From: Octopus sinensis
Lineage: Eukaryota
Length of the DNA: 64,000 bases
Reading direction: 5' to 3'
Assembly (NCBI RefSeq): GCF_006345805.1
Contig: NC_042998.1
Coordinates: 33,542,001 to 33,606,000, forward strand
Below, one piece after another: positions 1 through 12,268 of this stretch. Under the pieces are notes generated by a model that made no database searches, had not been told where the DNA came from, and worked only from the letters and a program-made list of their open reading frames with translations. Numbering within the stretch: the first letter of the stretch is position 1; each line of letters begins with the position of its first letter. Position numbers and translations under genes: made by a program.

Positions 1-49
1 AAGGCGCGATATCTCGTAAGCTGGGATTTCCGTAAAGTGAAGATGGTAT

Positions 50-438
50 GCAATTCGTGGCACTCCGCCGGTTACGACGTCGGGGGTTCCTATTGATCCG
101 ATCAACGGAACAGCCTGCTCGTGAAATTAACGTGCAAGTGCCTGAGCACTCCACAGACACGTGTACCCTTAACGTAGTTCTCGGGGAGATTCAGCGTGAC
201 ACAGAGTGTGACAAGGTTGGCTCTTTGAAATACAGGTACACCAGAAACAGGAAGAAAGAGCGAGAGAAAGTTGTGGCGAAAGAGTACAGCAGGGTTCGCC
301 ACCAGCCACTGCCGGAACCTCATGGAGCTTTAGGTGTTTCCGCTCAATAAACACTCACAACGCCCGGTCTGGGAATCGAACCCGCGATCCCACGACTGCG
401 AGTCTGCTGCACTAACCACTGGACCATTGCGTCTCCAC
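50..438 (-). mobile_element. tRNA-derived SINE, family A (tail type 1)
   Basis: Minus strand begins GTGGAGACGCAATGGTCCAGTGGTTAG...GGTTCGATTCCC (A and B boxes). Head and body recur at 14995, 16870, 21601 and 62081. Confidence 0.85.
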
Positions 439-1016
439 TGTGTGCAATTAATTAGAAGCTGAAGCATCTTAGTAAAAGCACTCCCTTCTCTTTATCACTC
501 TCTCTCTCCTCTCTCTTACACTCTCTCTCTTTTCTCTCTTTCTCTCTGTACATTCGTTCAAAACGCGTAGTCGTATTTGATGGTGACAAAGTTACCTCCC
601 TTATAATATGAGCTTGGTTTATATTACATGAAAATATGTTGTATTACCTCCCCTGCTCAAATCAAACCTATACGCTATAGGTTTGTGGTCCTCTCAACCT
701 CTGTTGTGCCCCTGGTTTTATAGCTGATTGCGCGGTGAAATGGGTTCACTGCTGCGCAGCTTTTCTTATCCACTCAAAATAAATTCACACATAGGAGCCT
801 CGCTATGTTTGCACAGATCTACTGAGCTTTTAAGAATCGGTCACGCGTTCGCTTCCACATACTTATAAATGAATGAATGAATGAATGAATGAATGAATGA
901 AAGAATGAATGAATGAATGAATAAATGAATGAATAAACACACATACACACACAAACACACATAAACGCGCGCGCGCACACGCACACACACACACAACTAA
1001 GGGTATAAGTCTAAAA

Positions 1017-1360
1017 TGTTAGTTAGTTAGTTAATTTTTTGGCTCAAACAGCAAAAAGCAAGGCCATGTAGGGGGATATGGAGTTATGTACAGGATGGTG
1101 TTCATGTAAAGAGTTCAGGCCACTTGTGATCAAGGGAGACTTTGAACCGAGCGGTCGTCGGCATCTTCACTATCTCGTCCGGCAGCTTATTCCACGGATC
1201 TGCAAACCGGGCGGAGAAAGCCCCTCTCCTTCGATTGAGATGAAATCGTCGCAGATAGAGCTTTTCGGAGTGACCCCGCAGCCGACGCTCTGGAGCAGGA
1301 GTGAAGAACAGCTCTTTAGAGGGGTTACACTTTCCGCTTATGATGTTGTGAGCACTCTTC
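1017..1360 (-). mobile_element. CR1/L2-group LINE, 5'-truncated 3' end
   Basis: Minus frame HNIISGKCNPSKELFFTPAPERRLRGHSEKLYLRRFHLNRRRGAFSARFADPWNKLPDEIVKMPTTARFKVSLDHKWPELFT* (stop 1102-1104) has the RGH..KL / WN.LP / FK..LD motifs of CR1 ORF2 C-termini. Short 3'UTR and (CTAA)n tail. Confidence 0.85.
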
Positions 1361-1859
1361 TTTCAGTTTACGACATTCATGACCCCTTTTGATCTTCCGC
1401 AAGGTGTAAATTTTGCTGCAACTCTTTTCATTCGCAATTCCCTTACTCAAAATTCGTTGGGAAGAACTCCAGGACACACCATTCAAACTACAATTTTCGT
1501 ATCGAGAAAGCTTCTTGTAGAGATGTATTGTATCAAAAAGCGCAGAAGCGCTTCAGTAGCTGATGGAGGCATGCTGAACGATTTTCGTTTGCTAGTAATA
1601 AACCTCTGTGCTTTTCAGTATTATATTTCTATACGAAATTCTTTCTCGAGACGAATGACGGAGTTTCCTGGCTTTCTACAGGATATCCACATTATGTCAA
1701 ATATACAGAATGATTTTTCTATTGGCAATATGACAAATGTAAATTCTGTTCAAATTTGTATACATGTGTTCAGATGCACATCTTATAATTCTGTGTTTTT
1801 TTTTTTTTTAGCTATTTATCTATTTATTGTAGGTATTTATTTATTCTGAAACAAGTTAA

Positions 1860-3361
1860 AATGTGTGTGCTACCTGATTTTCAAGGAGGACAAATTGTTT
1901 GAGAGCAGATAGCTGGAGAATATATATTTCTTTATTGCCCACAAGGGGCTAAACATAGAGGGGACAAGCAAGGACAGACAAAGGGATTAAGTCGATTACA
2001 TCGACCCCAGTGCGAAACTGGTACTTTATTTATCGGCCCCGAAAGAATGAAAGGCAAAGTCGACCTCAGCGGAATTTGAACTCAGAACGTAACGACAGAC
2101 GAAATACCGCTAAGCATTTCGCCCCGGCGCGTTAACGTGTCTGCCAGCTCGGATCGCAAAAATGTTTCAAGGAGCATAGACTCTAAAATCCTGTTGGCAT
2201 AATGCTGGACGAAATGCGAAGGTCGCGGAGGGAAAGCATAGAAGAGTGAAACGTATTCTGCCTGAAACCCATCATCAAAATGACAGCTGGGCTAAACTAC
2301 CACTTTACTAGTTGTGTCTCTGCCAAAACCCTACGTATTGAGCTCCATAAGACTGGGTACCTTAGGCAGACTGTAATTGGTACAGCTCATCTGCCCCTAT
2401 CAACACTGATAAGCGGATAAAATGGAGTCTAGACTATCAGAAGTCGTGCAATGGAACAAAGTCCTCTTCGTCGACGAACTCACTCCACTTTGTGGTAAAT
2501 TTTATGTCCGGAGACAGTTAAAAAAATGCTTTCAACCCTGACTGTTTGACCCTTACCGTGAATCATTGGGGTGATTTGAGCAGCCATATCAAGGAATTCT
2601 CTTGGCCTTTTAACTGTTTTATGTCAGAGTTAATAGTAAGGATTATCGGTGTATTCTGGCTAATCGTGTTTTTTCCTATGGTACAAACATTGTCCTCTGA
2701 TGATAGTGCAATCTTCCAGGAAGATTATGCGCCGATTAACAATATTTAAAAGTGTGACAATAAACACAAAAATAAAGCAGACAATTTATAACTTGGAAAT
2801 AAATTTGGGGAATAATCGAAATTAATTGCGAAATCGAGCGATTATTTTTCGGCGATTGTTTTAACGTTTTTTAACGTGTATTTTTTTTTTGCTTTTTTTT
2901 TTGTTTTGTTTTTTGGGGGGTTTTGGGGTTTTTTTTGCGACGAATATGATCATCATCGGGATTTGGACTATGGAAGAAGTAATTGCAACAAATTCTTCAA
3001 AACAGAATTAAGTCCTGGGGGTCGATTTGCTCCACAAAAAGACGGTGCTCCAGTATGGCCGCAGTCAAATAACTGAAACAAATAAGAGAATAAAAGAATG
3101 AAACAATCACCTGATCTCAATATGATCGACTATTTATGGTAGAATCAAGAACAGCAAGGGAGAAACTGTTTCCCTTCAATGTCGTCACTGGAAAAAAAGC
3201 TAAAGTGAAGATTGACTATTCCTATACCAACTGTTCAGAACGTTTATATGTGAATTCTGCAACATATTAAAGCTGTGATTGATACTAAAGATTGACCAAA
3301 ACTGTGTTAAATAATGTAACTTCTATTTAACAAGACGTTTCCATTATTTTGTCCCAGGCTG
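1860..3361 (+). mobile_element. Decayed Tc1-like DNA transposon, interrupted by SINEs
   Basis: Hand translation of pieces: DFQGGQIV, VSAKTLRIELHKTGY, QWNKVLFVDE, IFQEDYAPI, SPDLNMIDYLW, KAVIDTKD. Right TIR-like GTTTCCATTATTTTGTCCCAGGCTG abuts (TATG)n. Confidence 0.7.
1925..2150 (-). mobile_element. tRNA-derived SINE, family C
   Basis: Reverse complement of the GAGCTGGCAGA...GAGTTCAAATTCC...GGTCGACTTTGCCTTTCATCCTTTCGGG...AATAAAGAAATA consensus seen more than 10 times in the window. Confidence 0.85.
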
Positions 3362-3690
3362 CATGCATGCATGTATGTATGTATGTATGTATGTATGTAT
3401 GTATGTATGTATGTATGTATGTATGTATGTTTGTATTATGCTTGTATGTATGTATGTATGTCTGTATGTATGTATGTATGTATGTATGTATGTATGTGTG
3501 TGTGTATGTATGTATGTATGTATGTATGTATGTATGCATGTGTGTATGTATGTATGCATGTATGTATGTATGTATGTATGTATGTATGTATTTATGTATG
3601 TGTGAATGTATGTTTGTATATATGTATGTATGTATGTATTATGTATGTATGTATGTATGTATGTATGTATGTATGTATGTATGTATGTAT
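3362..3690. repeat. (TATG)n microsatellite
   Basis: Direct reading; source of the MYVC/HTYI pseudo-ORFs. Confidence 0.95.
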
Positions 3691-4117
3691 GAACGTGTAT
3701 TGTGGGTGCGTTCGCCTATGTTGATCGGCGAAATATGTAAAACAATGGAGAGGAAACTGGAAAAAAAATAGGTTCGAGCAGAAGTTTCCTTGGACAATCC
3801 CTTGACTCTCTCATCTTGAGGAATGCCGGAAATGTAGCGAATGACGTCAGCGGAACCGCAAATCAATGATCCTATTGTTCAACAATTGTGCTACGAAAAG
3901 AAAATTACTATGAATAATTTTGAAATAACCGAAGAAATGGCCGACACAGCTATTGTATAGATTCAAACGTAATATAAAGGAAAAAGTGCAGCAAAAGAGA
4001 CGGAAATGAACCCGATATAGAAACTGGTTCTCGGTAATTTCACTCCCTGTGTTTTGACTCCGGTAATTTGAACCCTGGTAACTTGATTGCCAGTCAATTT
4101 CACTCATTTAACAATAT

Positions 4118-4142
4118 GTTTCCATTATTTTGTCCCATGATG
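4118..4142 (+). mobile_element. Second Tc1-like right TIR end
   Basis: GTTTCCATTATTTTGTCCCATGATG matches the TIR-like end near 3340-3361 and again abuts (TATG)n. Confidence 0.5.
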
Positions 4143-4326
4143 CATGCATGCATGCTTGTATGTATGTATGTATGTATGTATTATGTATGTATGTATGTAT
4201 GTATGTATGTGTGTATGTATGTATGTATGTATGTATGTATGCATTTAAATATAACGTTGAAAGTCTTTATTGTTGTTGTTGTTGTCAGCGGCGGCGGCGG
4301 CGGCGGTGGCGGCGGGCGGTGGCGAT

Positions 4327-4775
<449 letters not shown>

Positions 4776-4964
4776 CTGACGTGCGGCAAATGTGAGAGAA
4801 AAAGAAACCAAAGCTTTTCGAACTAAACACAATGTTATTTAAGTTGTTTAGTGCAAAAATAATCCGAGAATACGTCGATGTCGGCGTCGATGACAACTGG
4901 AAATGCCAACCAATTACGCAAAGATGTCTGTATTACGGAGATGGGTGGTTTACAAACTTTAAAA

Positions 4965-5205
4965 TACAATGAGCTGGCAGAAACGTTAGCGCGCCGGGCG
5001 AAATGCTTAGCGGCATTTTGTCTGCCGTTACGTTCTGAGTTCAAATTCCGCCGAGGTCGACTTTGCCTTTTATCCTTTCGGGGTCATTTAAATAAGTACC
5101 AGTTACGCACTGGGGTCGATGTAATCGACTTAATACCTATATCTATCCTTGTTTGTCCCCTCTATGTTTAGCCCCTAGTGGGTAATAAAGAAATAGGTAT
5201 TCGTA
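4965..5205 (+). mobile_element. SINE family C monomer
   Basis: Full head, body and tail, ending AAAGAAATAGGTATTCG. Confidence 0.85.
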
Positions 5206-5306
5206 AAGTAAATTTGTTGAAGTCGGCAGACAATAAAACAGTTACAGATTTGATAATCTGAGTGAAAAGTACCATAATTTTGGTACGTTTTAACAAGACA
5301 TGCTCT

Positions 5307-5712
5307 TTACTCTTTTACTCTTTTACTTGTTTCAGTCAGTTGACTGTGGCCATGGTGGAGCACCGCCTTTAGTCGAGCAAATCGACCCCAGGAATTATTC
5401 TTTGTAAGCCTAGTACTTATCCTATCGGTCTCTTTTGCCGAACCGCTAAATTACGGGTACGTAAACAAACCAGCATCGGTTGTTAAGCGATGTTGGAGGG
5501 ACAGACACACACACACAAACATATACACACACATACTTATATACATATATACGACGGGCTTCTTTCAGTTTCCGTCTACCAAATCCACTCACAAGGCTTT
5601 GGTTGGCCCGAGGCTATAGTAGAAGACACTTTCCCAAGGTGCCACGCAGTGGGAATGAACCCGGAACCATGTGGCTGGTAAGCAAGCTACTTACCACACA
5701 GCCACTCCTGCA
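5307..5712 (-). mobile_element. SINE family B, full length
   Basis: tRNA-like head, CORE-like CTTGGG(A/C)AAGTGTCTT segment, internal (TA)/(TG) microsatellite and (TAAAAGAG)n tail. Confidence 0.85.
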
Positions 5713-6637
5713 CGAGAATGCACGAGAATACCTGATAATCCAGCATGACCTTGTCGCGAAGTGCGTTGGCGTGGAAGAACTGTACTATATAACTGAAATA
5801 TGATTTAAAAACATTCTTGAACACACACGGTATTTTACGCTATGAGAAAAAACATCGCGATAGAACTTGAACTTATAACATAATTGACTAGCGAATGCCA
5901 TTTTTGTCTGGTTCTCTAGGAATTCTACCATCCTCGTCCACCAGGAAAGACGCCATATTAAAATCATAAGAAAAGTGTAATTAAGCTTTTGGACCTGTTC
6001 TCATATTTAGTGTCTGTGTCTGGCTTCTTCGACGAAAACTTGTCTCTAAAAGTAATCTTGGTTTAAATAATCACTGATTAAAGAATTTTTTGACAAGATC
6101 TTCAAACTAAATAGTAATTCACATAAAGAATAAATCCCATAGAGAATCTAAAATGCTTTTTAATGTTTTGTATTCAAAAGTCTAGTTGGTTGAAGTGGGG
6201 AAGAAAGACTACATGTTCTAGACTAACGAAAAATTTGTTTTCTTCCTTGTGAAGATGTTGTTTATATGACTTCTTATATTTGGTACATAAAAAAAAAACT
6301 TGTACCAAACATCTGAGGTCAAAACAGTGATATAAAGGATATTTTGCACAAATATGTCACTGCTTCCGTTAAAAATTGGAATGTCAGCGTTTCACCAACG
6401 TCTGTATCGTTAAATATGCCATATTCTTGCCAAGAACTAATCTAATTAAGTTAGTTTTAATTTATCAAAGGATTTTGATAATTGATTTTCGAAAGGATGA
6501 ATGTTATTATTTTCATGGCGCTAAGAAAAAAAGAATCAAATTTGGGAAAGTGTCGTGAAATTTATTCTGTAATATGTACTTATGTATGTGTGTAAGCATG
6601 TATGCATGCATGTGTGTATGTATATATATATATATAC

Positions 6638-6958
6638 CTTCGAAACACGCATTGAGTCGAACCAGGGGCAGCTGATGAAGGGGAATATTCTTTGTATTGT
6701 TTGTCTTGTACTGTTTTTTCGTTGTTAAAAAAAATTCGTTTCTTTGTTTTTATGTTTTCGTTTCTTTTTATGTTTTCGTTTCTCGTTGTATTCTACGTTT
6801 ATTTGTGGTGTCCTGTACTCATATATATATGCATGTATATATACATATAGATGTAGGTATGTACATATATGTATGTATGTATGCATATGTTTTATTTATT
6901 AAATTGTTATTATATGATTGAACGCCTCGCGTCACTTTCTTATTTCTCCAAGTAAGTT
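6638..6958 (+). mobile_element. Penelope-like element terminal (pLTR-type) repeat fragment
   Basis: CTTCGAAAC...CTGATGAAGGGGAATATTC...CAAGTAAGTT. The same family occurs at 11050-11825, 18430-19540 and 25949-26187. Penelope assignment is inferred from its tandem/inverted organisation. Confidence 0.55.
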
Positions 6959-6977
6959 TATATATATATATATATAT

Positions 6978-7764
6978 AGCAATAATAATTCTCTAAATGA
7001 GATATAGACAGTGACTGCTCCATAACATAAGGGACATTAGCCAACTGAATATGGCTAGGGACAGGGCAGGGTGGTGGGGGTGTCACTGTTGCATTTAGCC
7101 CCAGGCGAACATCAACGTCACCAGATAGGCCGACGCCATCACGGCGTCCTCTATCTTGCAAAGGGAGATCATTCCCCAAGAAGCGGATGCCACATACGGA
7201 CCTAGGTTTCAAGGTGTATTGCCTATTATCAACGTATGGTAGGCACCGCCTCTCGACGAACAACTCACCGTGCAAGATATATATAAAGATTTTCAAGTAA
7301 ATACATTTACTGATTTCGAAAATCTGTTCGACAGCAATAATAATTCTCTAAATGAGATATAGACAGTGACTGCTCCATAACATAAGGGACATTAGCCAAC
7401 TGAATATGGCTAGGGACAGGGCAGGGTGGTGGGGGTGTCACTGTTGCATTTAGCCCCAGGCGAACAGATTTTCGAAATCAGTAAATGTATTTACTTGAAA
7501 ATCTTTATATATATCTTGCACGGTGAGTTGTTCGTCGAGAGGCGGTGCCTACCATACGTTGATAATAGGCAATACACCTTGAAACCTAGGTCCGTATGTG
7601 GCATCCGCTTCTTGGGGAATGATCTCCCTTTGCAAGATAGAGGACGCCGTGATGACGTCGGCCTATCTGGTGACGTTGATGTTCGCCTGGGGCTAAATGC
7701 AACAGTGACACCCCCACCACCCTGCCCTGTCCCTAGCCATATTCAGTTGGCTAATGTCCCTTAT

Positions 7765-7765
<1 letters not shown>
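6978..7765. repeat. Complex local duplication: direct 134 bp plus inverted 305 bp
   Basis: 6978-7111 = 7333-7466. 7461-7765 is the reverse complement of 7026-7330 (one mismatch seen). CGAACA microhomology at the switch. Confidence 0.9.
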
Positions 7766-7831
<66 letters not shown>

Positions 7832-8158
7832 ATGTAGGTAGGTAGGTAGGTTGGTAAGTAGGTAGGTAGGTAGGTAGGTAGGTAGGTAGGTGTATATATG
7901 TACATGCAATCCCGTGGTTTGATGCTCGGCGTCGTACCGCAGTGATACTTACCATAATTACCAACGAGCAATTAAAACCAACTCCATTCAAAACGGTGAG
8001 AGGCATAATCTCAGAGTTCAGGAATTCTTTGAAGTGACATGTCATCTAGAAAACATGAAGCTTCTCTTAATCTCCGTTTGGTAATTACGAAGCATCTCCA
8101 AGAGGCAGAGGTAATTGTAAGGAATCAAGAATTTGTTGTATGACATGGGATATATCTC

Positions 8159-8194
<36 letters not shown>

Positions 8195-8263
8195 TGTGTG
8201 TGTGAATGTGTGTGTGTATGTGTGTGTGTGGTGTATGTGTATATGTGAGTGGGTATGTATATG

Positions 8264-8298
<35 letters not shown>

Positions 8299-8343
8299 AG
8301 AAGAATATTACTAACGATTACTACGAAGTGGCATAGCATTACC

Positions 8344-8754
8344 AAGGCGGCGAGCTGGCAGAAACGTTAGCAAGCTGGGCGAAATGCTTAGCGGTATTTC
8401 GTCTGCGTTACGTTGTGAGTTCAAATTCCACCGAGGTCGACTTTGCCTTTCATCCTTTCGGGGTCGATAAAAGAAGTACCAGTTACGAACTGGGGTCGAT
8501 GTAATCGACTTAATACCTATGTCTGTCCTTGTTTGTTCCCTCTGTGTTTAGCCCCTTGTGGGTAATAAAGAAATAGGTATTTCGTCTGCCGCTACGTTCT
8601 GAGTTCAAATTCCGCCGAGATCGACTTTGCCTTTGATCCTTTCGGGGTCGATTAAATAAGTACCAGTTACGCACTGGGATATAATCGACTTAATCCGTTT
8701 GTCTATCCTTGTTTGTCCTAACTGTGTTTAGCCCCTTGTGGTAGTAAAGAAATA
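8344..8754 (+). mobile_element. SINE family C tandem dimer with 14-bp TSD
   Basis: One head and two bodies joined at GGTATTTCGTCTG, flanked by GGCATAGCATTACC at 8330-8343 and 8755-8768. Confidence 0.9.
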
Positions 8755-8778
8755 GGCATAGCATTACCTTTAATCCTT

Positions 8779-8816
<38 letters not shown>

Positions 8817-8836
8817 ATATATATGTGTGTGTGGTG

Positions 8837-8873
<37 letters not shown>

Positions 8874-8897
8874 ATATATATATATATAATATATATA

Positions 8898-8930
<33 letters not shown>

Positions 8931-8949
8931 ATGTATGTATACAGCTTTA

Positions 8950-9760
8950 CACAGACCTACACGTGTTTCAACTGCTCCGGTTAGTAACCGTTGTAATTGC
9001 AAACCTACTATAATACCGATGCAGTTTCTTCAGAGTTTTTACTTTAATATCCTTCGATTTAACTGTTTAAAGTGTTTCATTTATCTACTCTGCGTTGTAT
9101 GATGTTGTTCGTTAAGTTAGACACCAACTATCTTCAATTCAAGTTTTGATTGGATAATCACTTATAATCCGTTATTTCAAAACATTCTGTTGTTGAAATG
9201 TTTATTATTCATTTAAACCGGGCAAACGTGAATTTCTTCATGAGCAAGTATTTCAAAACTTGTTCCTGTCTAGAATTTATTACATTATACTTAGATGTAA
9301 AAATCTGGTACAATTCTCCTAAACATAAGTCACATGTTTTAGTTCCAGGTCTGTATGGTTTTGCAGTATAAATCACTTCCCAATTGATAGTATAGTCTTT
9401 GTTTTTGTCTTTAATAGACCAGACTCATTTACTAAAACTTGTGTGGAATCTTTTATTTTTATCTCTAAATGAACTCAAATGATTTTCCAGTCTCCTCTTG
9501 AAAATTACCTTCAGATGTAGTTCTTGAAGGTATTTGTTCTTTCTAAGAGAAAACTTACAAAATTTTATATTTTTAACGATTCTCCAGAGTTCATCTTCGA
9601 AAGGTGCCAGATGTTGGTTTATGTGGTGGATATTTCCGTGTTTTAGAATTTTGCTGTATTTCATCATCAGTTGTAGCATTTTTAGGATCTCTTTTTTTAT
9701 CATGAAAGTAAGCTTCCGTCTCATACGGTGTATAAAAGAATTTATCTATATATATATAAT
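8950..9760 (-). mobile_element. Penelope-like element remnant, internally deleted (N-terminus joined to GIY-YIG C-terminus)
   Basis: ORF 9425-9724 has LAPFEDELWRIVKNIKF and FKRRLENHLSSFRDKNK. It continues past a stop as WSIKDKNKDYTINWEVIYTAKPYRPGTKTCDLCLGELYQI...KKFTFARFK* (stop 9209-9211), resembling Penelope endonuclease C-termini (W..I...A.PY..G...C.LCL.E). Confidence 0.75.
8955..9036 (-). ncRNA. Type I hammerhead ribozyme motif
   Basis: Minus strand ACU-CUGAAGA-AACUGC...GCAGUU-GAAA-CACGUG-UA-GGU: intact core, perfect 6-bp stem II base, palindromic stem III, GUA cleavage triplet, 3-bp stem I. Confidence 0.7.
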
Positions 9761-10017
9761 GTTTTGTCTGTTAGTTCCCTATGCATTCCCAAACGGCTTG
9801 ACCAAATCAAATCAAATTTTACAAGGTAATAGTATCGGATCCCGTGAGTGTCAACATGTAATTTATTTTTGTTTCTTTTTTTATTTTGATTAAAGCAATA
9901 TAACATTGGCACTAGTTCGGTATCACGTGTCAAAAGTGAAAGAATAAGATCTATATTGTAATGTGATATAATATTGTTTCACTTTTATTCTTTCACCTTT
10001 CATTCTAAGCCCATAAT

Positions 10018-10415
10018 AAGGCGGCGAGCTGGCAGAATCGTTAGCACGCAGGGCGAAATGCTTAGCGGTATTTCGTCTGTCTCTACCTTCTGAGTTCAAA
10101 TTCCGCCGAGGTCGACTTTGCCTTTCATCCTTTCGGGGTCGATTAAATAAGTACCAGTTACGCACTGGGGTCGATGTAATCGACTTAATCCGTTTGTCTG
10201 TCCTTGTTTGTCCTCTCTGTGTTTAGCCCCTTGTGGGTAGTATAGAAATAGGCATTTCGTCTGCCGTTACGTTCTGAGTTCAAATTCCGCCGAGGTCGAC
10301 TTTGCCATTCATCCTTTCAGGTTCGATAATTTAAGTGCCAGTCGCGTACTGGGTTCGATCTAAACGACTGGCCCCCCTCCCCAAAAATTTCGAACCTTGA
10401 GCCTAGAGTAGAAAA
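10018..10415 (+). mobile_element. SINE family C dimer with two different tails
   Basis: First body ends with the GTTTAGCCCCTTGTGGG tail, second with the GGCCCCCCTCCCCAAAAATTTCG tail. Degenerate flanking repeat TAAGCCCATAATA / TAAGCCTCTAATA. Confidence 0.8.
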
Positions 10416-10799
10416 GATTGTAAGCCTCTAATATTGTTTCCCTTTTATTATTTCACTTTTAATACTAATGTTGTAACACTAAAATCATCTTATTTCTATT
10501 CTATTTGAAATAAATGAATTATTTATATCCAAATATGAACAACTTCCCGTCTTTATGGCCACGACTGTCAGTGTATGCGTGTTGACTGTCAGGAATGGTG
10601 TGTCAGTGTATGTGTTGACTGACATAACGAACGGCTGGAGTTGAAACTCTTGACAAAAAAAATGAGGTAGCAGGTCCAAGGTATATAATAAGCATTTACC
10701 GTTCAGTTACCAGTTAATAATTATCGCTGCAGTTGCAAGGTTGCAAGGGATTTACAATTACGTATTTACCCTTAAATTAACATCTAATACATGTGCGTA

Positions 10800-10845
<46 letters not shown>

Positions 10846-11049
10846 AGATTTATCTATAATAATTATTGTGGCATTTACCGTTAAATTAGTTGTTCATACA
10901 TGTGCTTCTATTTGGTTAACGTGCTTATCTTTGGTTAATTTATGCTGCATGCAAAAGTAAAGACATGCTACATACATACAACTGCTTACAAAAATAGGGT
11001 TTCATGTATAATTTTGGGTTTACAATATTGAAAATATATAAGAAAAGAC

Positions 11050-11825
11050 GTACTCTCTCCACAAACAAGTATAAAGCAAGAACGTTTTCATGATTAGACA
11101 GAGGTTCAATTGAATAGCTCTCAGAAACAGACTATGTAAAAATTCGTTCTTCTCCCTCTCTTGTTCTTCATCCTTTCTGGTTTTCTCTCCCAACCTTCCC
11201 TATTCTTCTCTTCTCCCTTTCACCGTTCCCTCTCTCTTATTCATCTTCCTCCTTCTCGTCACTGACACGTGATCAGAGGGAAGCTTTCTTTCCGACTGCT
11301 ACCTTCAACAAGTCAACACGTCTTATCCTGTCCTTCTCATAAGCCGTCCACTCTATGCGTTCAAAATAATTTTTCCATCGTCTCGGCTTAACAGCCCTCA
11401 TCGTTTGTTTTTACTATGTTATTCTCCTCCTCCTGTCTTTTACTGTTTTTATTAGTATTGGTTTTACTGTCTTGTTTTGCTTTTACTGTCCTGTTCTTGT
11501 TACCACTTTTACCCCTCCGCAAAATATCCAAATTTTATTTAATTTGCTTTGCGGAAAGGATTGTTTCAACGAAGTCGCGTCATGTCCTTACTTTCGAAAC
11601 GCGGAGTAGTCGAAGCAGGGGCAACTGAAGAAGGGGAATACTCCTTGTGTTGCATGTCTTGTACTCTGTTTTTTCGCTGTTTGAAAAAAGTCCTTTTCCA
11701 TGTTTTTGTTTTTGTTTTCGTTTCTCATTGTGTTCTACGTTTTTTTGGTGCCCTGTACCCATATATGCATGTATATATACATATAGATGTAGCTATGTAC
11801 ATATATGTCTATATGCATATGTCTA
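11050..11825 (+). mobile_element. Penelope-like element terminal region
   Basis: Colinear with 18800-19460 (pyrimidine-rich tract, CATCGTCTxGGCTTAACAGCCCTCA, TTCGAAACGC, CTGAAGAAGGGG). Confidence 0.55.
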
Positions 11826-11828
11826 TAT

Positions 11829-11938
11829 ATCACCGTGACCGATCAGGCTATCAGATGTTGCTACACATCGCTGGTTACAACGTGCTTCGCATTGTTTTAG
11901 CCTTCAAATGACGCCACCCCGCTGGTTAAGCGAGCAGG

Positions 11939-11941
<3 letters not shown>
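11829..11941 (-). mobile_element. SINE family A tail type 3 fragment
   Basis: Reverse complement of approximately 62270-62389. Confidence 0.7.
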
Positions 11942-11975
<34 letters not shown>

Positions 11976-12079
11976 GACATATATATATGTGTGTGTGTGT
12001 ATATGTACATATACATATACACATATATATATGTTTTATATATATCTAGAGAGAGAGAGGGGGGATGGAGGAAAGGAGG

Positions 12080-12146
<67 letters not shown>

Positions 12147-12237
12147 GAAGGCTTAGATCATGGACATGTATGCATAATACACGCATACATGCATACATAC
12201 ATACAAACATACATGCATACATACATACATACATACA

Positions 12238-12268
<31 letters not shown>

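Noticed and set aside
350-438. tRNA genes at SINE heads (also 16466, 21601, 62081 and others)
   Set aside because: A and B boxes are present, but they run into SINE bodies without a complete cloverleaf or terminator.
1379-1849. 156-aa ORF
   Set aside because: No recognisable motif, AT-rich low-information tail, no convincing splice pair.
11590-11660. Hammerhead in the CTGATGA-containing Penelope-like family
   Set aside because: GAAA precedes CUGANGA, and I could not build consistent stems I and III in any of the copies.
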